Source: an uncultured Spirochaetaceae bacterium
GTDB taxonomy: Bacteria; Spirochaetota; Spirochaetia; DSM-27196; SLST01
Direction of reading: 5' to 3'
Assembly: GCA_964458555.1 (NCBI GenBank)
Contig: CAYWJH010000002.1
Span: forward strand, 25,021 to 89,020
Length of the DNA stretch: 64,000 bases
Position numbers and translations under genes: made by a program. Below, piece after piece: positions 60,993 to 64,000 of this stretch; the first letter of the stretch is position 1; each line of letters begins with the position of its first letter. The notes beneath the pieces are model-generated. The model did no database searches and had not been told where the DNA came from. It was given only the letters and a program-made list of their open reading frames with translations.

Positions 60993-62378
60993 ATGTCATC
61001 GCCAGATCGCTCCGGCCCGACTCTGGGCGACCCGTCGACCAACCGTGACCTCTACCGCGGCCTCGTCACGCTCGCCGTGCCGATCATGCTCAACAACCTC
61101 CTGCAGATGCTCTACAACCTGGTGGACGCGTGGTTCCTGGGGCGACTCGGAGCCGCCGCGGTCTCCGCTCCCACGATCTCCTTCACGCTCATCTTCTTCC
61201 TGGTGATCTTCGGCGTCGCGTTCTCCATGGCCGGCACGACGCTCATCGCGCAGTCGAAGGGAAAGGGCGACATGGAGCGGGCGAACTTCTACGCCGGACA
61301 GGTGACCACGCTCCTCGTGGCGATGTCGGTGGTGATCTCCGTGGTCGGGCTCGTGGCCACGCCCACCCTGCTGCGCGTCATGCAGGTCCCCGCGGAGGCG
61401 TACGAGTACACCCGGCAGTACATGACGATCATCTTTGCGGCCATGCCGTTCATGTTCGTGAGCTTCCTGCTGCGCGCGGTGCTCCAGGGCATCGGCGACA
61501 GCATGACTCCGCTCATCGTGCAGATCGTCACGATCGGGCTGAACGTCGTGCTCGACCCCATCCTGATCTTCGGGTGGGGGCCCTTCCCGGCGCTGGAGGT
61601 CGCAGGAGCGGCGTACGCGACGGTGTTCGCGCGGCTCGTGGCGGCGGCGATATCGGCGTGGATCCTCATCAGCGGCCGAAAGGGAATCAAGCTCACGCTC
61701 GCGAACCTGAAGCCCGACTGGCCGGCGATCCGCAGGATTACCAACATCGGTCTGCCGAGCGCGATCGGGCAGGCGGTCCCGGCGTTCGGATTCACCGTCC
61801 TGCAGGGCATCGTGAACACGCTGGGCACTCCGGTCGTCGCGGCGTTCGGTATCGGCAACCGTATCGTGAGCCTCTTCAATATGCCTGCCATCGGCTTTTC
61901 GCAGGCGACCACGAGCATCGTGGGCCAGCGGCTGGGCGCGAGCAGGAAGGACCAGGCGATCACCGCGGTGAAGCAGAGCGTGCTCACCGTAGCGGCGTTC
62001 ATCACCGTGGGTATGACGTTCACCTTCTTCTTCGGCGCGAGCTTCGTACGCTTCTTCGTCGACGACCCGGAGGTCATCGCGCACGGGCGCGACCTGTTCC
62101 GGATCCTCTCGCCGAGCGTCATGATCTTCGCGATCTTCATGGTCACCAACGGAGCGTTCCAGGGCGGCGGCGACACGAAGCCGGTCATGGTGCTCAACGT
62201 CGCGCGGCTGTGGGGCGTGCGCGTGCCGCTCGCCTACGTCCTCGTTCTCGTGGCCGGATGGGGGCCGATCGGCATCTGGTGGTCGATGTTCGCCTCCAAC
62301 CTGCTGATCGCGATCGTCGGCTTCTTCTGGCTGAGCCGCGGCACCTGGCTGCACAAGATCGACCCGGCGACGCTGTGA
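60993..62378 (+). CDS. MATE family efflux transporter
   Basis: Start at M60 of ORF 60816..62378. LVTLAVPIMLNNLLQMLYNLVDAWFLGRLG...; 12-TM-like profile. Confidence 0.9.
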   Translation: MSSPDRSGPTLGDPSTNRDLYRGLVTLAVPIMLNNLLQMLYNLVDAWFLGRLGAAAVSAPTISFTLIFFLVIFGVAFSMAGTTLIAQSKGKGDMERANFYAGQVTTLLVAMSVVISVVGLVATPTLLRVMQVPAEAYEYTRQYMTIIFAAMPFMFVSFLLRAVLQGIGDSMTPLIVQIVTIGLNVVLDPILIFGWGPFPALEVAGAAYATVFARLVAAAISAWILISGRKGIKLTLANLKPDWPAIRRITNIGLPSAIGQAVPAFGFTVLQGIVNTLGTPVVAAFGIGNRIVSLFNMPAIGFSQATTSIVGQRLGASRKDQAITAVKQSVLTVAAFITVGMTFTFFFGASFVRFFVDDPEVIAHGRDLFRILSPSVMIFAIFMVTNGAFQGGGDTKPVMVLNVARLWGVRVPLAYVLVLVAGWGPIGIWWSMFASNLLIAIVGFFWLSRGTWLHKIDPATL

Positions 62379-62420
62379 GCGGCCCGGCGACGGGCGACCA
62401 CGATCCCCCGCCGGCTCAGC

Positions 62421-63326
62421 TCACCCGGTGCCCCGCGTCCGCGTCTTCCCCGGTGCGGCGTGCTTCTCCACGTACTCGACGATCGCGGCGGCGATGTCGA
62501 GGTCGGTCGCTCGCTCGATCCCCTCGAGGCCAGGCGACGAGTTCACCTCGATCACGACCGGGCCGTGCTTCGTGCGCAGCAGATCAACGCCGGCGACGTT
62601 GAGCCCCATGACGCGCGCCGACCGCACCGCCGCCGACCGCTCCTCCGGCGTGATGCGGACCTGCTCGGCAACCGCCCCGCGGTGGAGGTTTGCGCGAAAG
62701 TCGCCGTCGCGGCTCGTGCGCTTCATGCTCGCGACGACGCGCTCGCCCACGACGAAGCACCTTATGTCCGAGCCCTTTGCCTCGTGGATGAACTCCTGCA
62801 CGAGGATGTTCGCGTTCATGCCGCGGAACGCCTCGATGACACTCTCCGCCGCACTGTCGGTCTCCGCGAGCACGACCCCGATTCCCTGAGTACCCTCGAG
62901 CAGCTTCACGACGACCGGCGTACCGCCCACCATGGCGATCAGATCACCGGTATACTTCGTCGAATGCGCGAAGCCGGTCACCGGCAGCCCGATGCCCTTC
63001 CTCGCGAGGAGCTGAAGGCTGCGCAGCTTGTCGCGCGAGCGGGTGATCGCCACCGACTCGTTCACCGAGTAGACGCCCATCATCTCGAACTGGCGCACGA
63101 CCGCGGTGCCGTAGAAGGTGATCGACGCGCCGATGCGCGGGACGATCGCGTCGATCCCGGTGAGCGCCTCGCCGCGGTAATGGATGCTGGGGCTATGCGA
63201 GCTGATGTTCATGTAGCACTGCAGCGGGTCGACGACGAGCACCTCGTGGCCGCGCATGCGCGCGGCCTCGGCGAGGTGTTCGGTCGAGTAGAGCTGCGCG
63301 TTGCGCGAGAGGATGACGATCTTCAC
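62421..63326 (-). CDS. rimK: RimK family alpha-L-glutamate ligase (ATP-grasp)
   Basis: GTG start (GTGA overlap): (M)[28 protein letters not shown]...[19 protein letters not shown]...[13 protein letters not shown]...[11 protein letters not shown]-like...[11 protein letters not shown]. Confidence 0.9.
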   Translation of the reverse strand: MKIVILSRNAQLYSTEHLAEAARMRGHEVLVVDPLQCYMNISSHSPSIHYRGEALTGIDAIVPRIGASITFYGTAVVRQFEMMGVYSVNESVAITRSRDKLRSLQLLARKGIGLPVTGFAHSTKYTGDLIAMVGGTPVVVKLLEGTQGIGVVLAETDSAAESVIEAFRGMNANILVQEFIHEAKGSDIRCFVVGERVVASMKRTSRDGDFRANLHRGAVAEQVRITPEERSAAVRSARVMGLNVAGVDLLRTKHGPVVIEVNSSPGLEGIERATDLDIAAAIVEYVEKHAAPGKTRTRGTG

Positions 63327-63811
63327 GCGCCGTCCGCCCGGGCCCGGGGAATCGCCCGCTGCGTCACGACATCCTCGTACGCGTGGTGGTGACGCACGCC
63401 GGTGAGGTACGACCGGCGAGGATCGACGAGCACGCGTCCGCGCAACGCGGTGCGACCGAGCAGCATGCGAAACGTCATCGACTCCCGGCTCGCGAGCGTG
63501 ATCTCCACCGGCCATTGCTCCGCGCCGATGCAAAGCGGAGTGCGGATCACGTACCGTTCCTCGCCCACGCCGCCGGAGTTCGTGACGCGGCGGCGGTCGA
63601 CCACCGGCGCCTCGCGCACGAGGACGACGGCGCTGGTCTCCTGCAGCGGTGCGATCGTGAACCGAACCCAGCGCCGACCGTCGCGGTCGAAAGCTCCGAC
63701 CGATTCGACGTCGAGCGAGGAGGTCCGGGCCCCGGTGTCGATCTTTGCCTTGATGACGGGGACTTCGAGCTCGGGCAGCGCGACCCACTCGCGCCAGCCC
63801 ACGGTGATCAC
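63323..63811 (-). CDS. RimK-associated retropepsin-like protein (the putative ATP-dependent zinc protease family, RimB-like)
   Basis: [33 protein letters not shown]...[12 protein letters not shown] motif; coupled to rimK. Confidence 0.8.
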   Translation of the reverse strand: MITVGWREWVALPELEVPVIKAKIDTGARTSSLDVESVGAFDRDGRRWVRFTIAPLQETSAVVLVREAPVVDRRRVTNSGGVGEERYVIRTPLCIGAEQWPVEITLASRESMTFRMLLGRTALRGRVLVDPRRSYLTGVRHHHAYEDVVTQRAIPRARADGA

Positions 63812-63838
63812 GGGGTGTCTCCGCAGCGAGCCACCGCG

Positions 63839-64000
63839 CTACTCCTTCACCTTGTACGTGTTGACGATAACGTCGGAGAGGTTGCGCAGGTACGGGCTGC
63901 GGTTGGAGCTGATCCCGGCATCCGCGAGGAGGTCGCTGCGCTCGCGTTCGAACCATCGGAAGAGGTTGCGCGCGGCGGCCGCCTCGTCCTTCGCCTTGTG
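63839..64000 (-). CDS. hypothetical protein, C-terminal 53 codons only (5' part outside window)
   Basis: Own translation of the - strand: [53 protein letters not shown], stop at 63839-63841. Same direction as the rimB-like gene and rimK. Confidence 0.5.
   Translation of the reverse strand, partial: HKAKDEAAAARNLFRWFERERSDLLADAGISSNRSPYLRNLSDVIVNTYKVKE

Noticed and set aside
38016-62354. More long antisense ORFs: 38016..39122(-), 42618..44540(+, 640 aa), 47890..49659(-, 589 aa), 55188..57002(-, 604 aa), 58293..59375(+) and 60996..62354(-, 452 aa).
   Set aside because: Same reasoning. They lie opposite lgt, lnt, the FG-GAP protein, the coiled-coil protein, pntB and the MATE pump, and they have R/E/D/G-rich nonsense composition.

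Overview
GC-rich bacterial chromosomal segment, densely packed with about 55 protein-coding genes. I saw no rRNA, tRNA, CRISPR array, transposase or integrase. All family calls come from reading the supplied translations and recalling family motifs; no searches were run.

The backbone is housekeeping metabolism: xylB-tkt, leuB, hisA plus a hisE-like gene, pyrC, lysC-thrC-coaX, murA, rsmE, lgt, lnt, the split transhydrogenase pntAA/AB/B, a MATE pump and rimK. Gene content (FapA/DUF342, HD-GYP, a class III cyclase, many lipobox proteins, STAS) is reminiscent of Spirochaetota-like or other diderm lineages, but that is a weak inference.

Genes are very often chained by overlapping stop/start codons (ATGA, GTGA). 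Long antisense ORFs are common and are treated as GC artefacts.

Most noteworthy observations:
1. An exact Illumina P7 adapter plus poly-A sits in-frame inside lnt at 42958-42992. This is an assembly artefact.
2. An uncharacterised operon of six envelope genes (lipoproteins, FG-GAP, PEGA-TPR) overlaps the 3' end of a GAF-HD-GYP gene (45916-53330).
3. A membrane protein, a MinD-like ATPase, a 990-aa multi-module FapA/DUF342 protein and lgt form one operon (33519-39131).
4. A Psp-like module contains STAS-zinc ribbon, YbjN-like, PspA and pseudo-receiver OmpR genes (25588-28088).
5. An AT-rich 306-bp intergenic region carries two perfect DnaA boxes and nested inverted repeats (25282-25587).
6. 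A promoter-to-terminator unit about 80 nt long looks like a small RNA (28125-28238).
7. A sigma-54 activator lacks both the phospho-acceptor residues and a DNA-binding domain.
8. In several divergent intergenic regions a -10 hexamer lies 6-9 nt upstream of the start codon, which suggests leaderless mRNAs.
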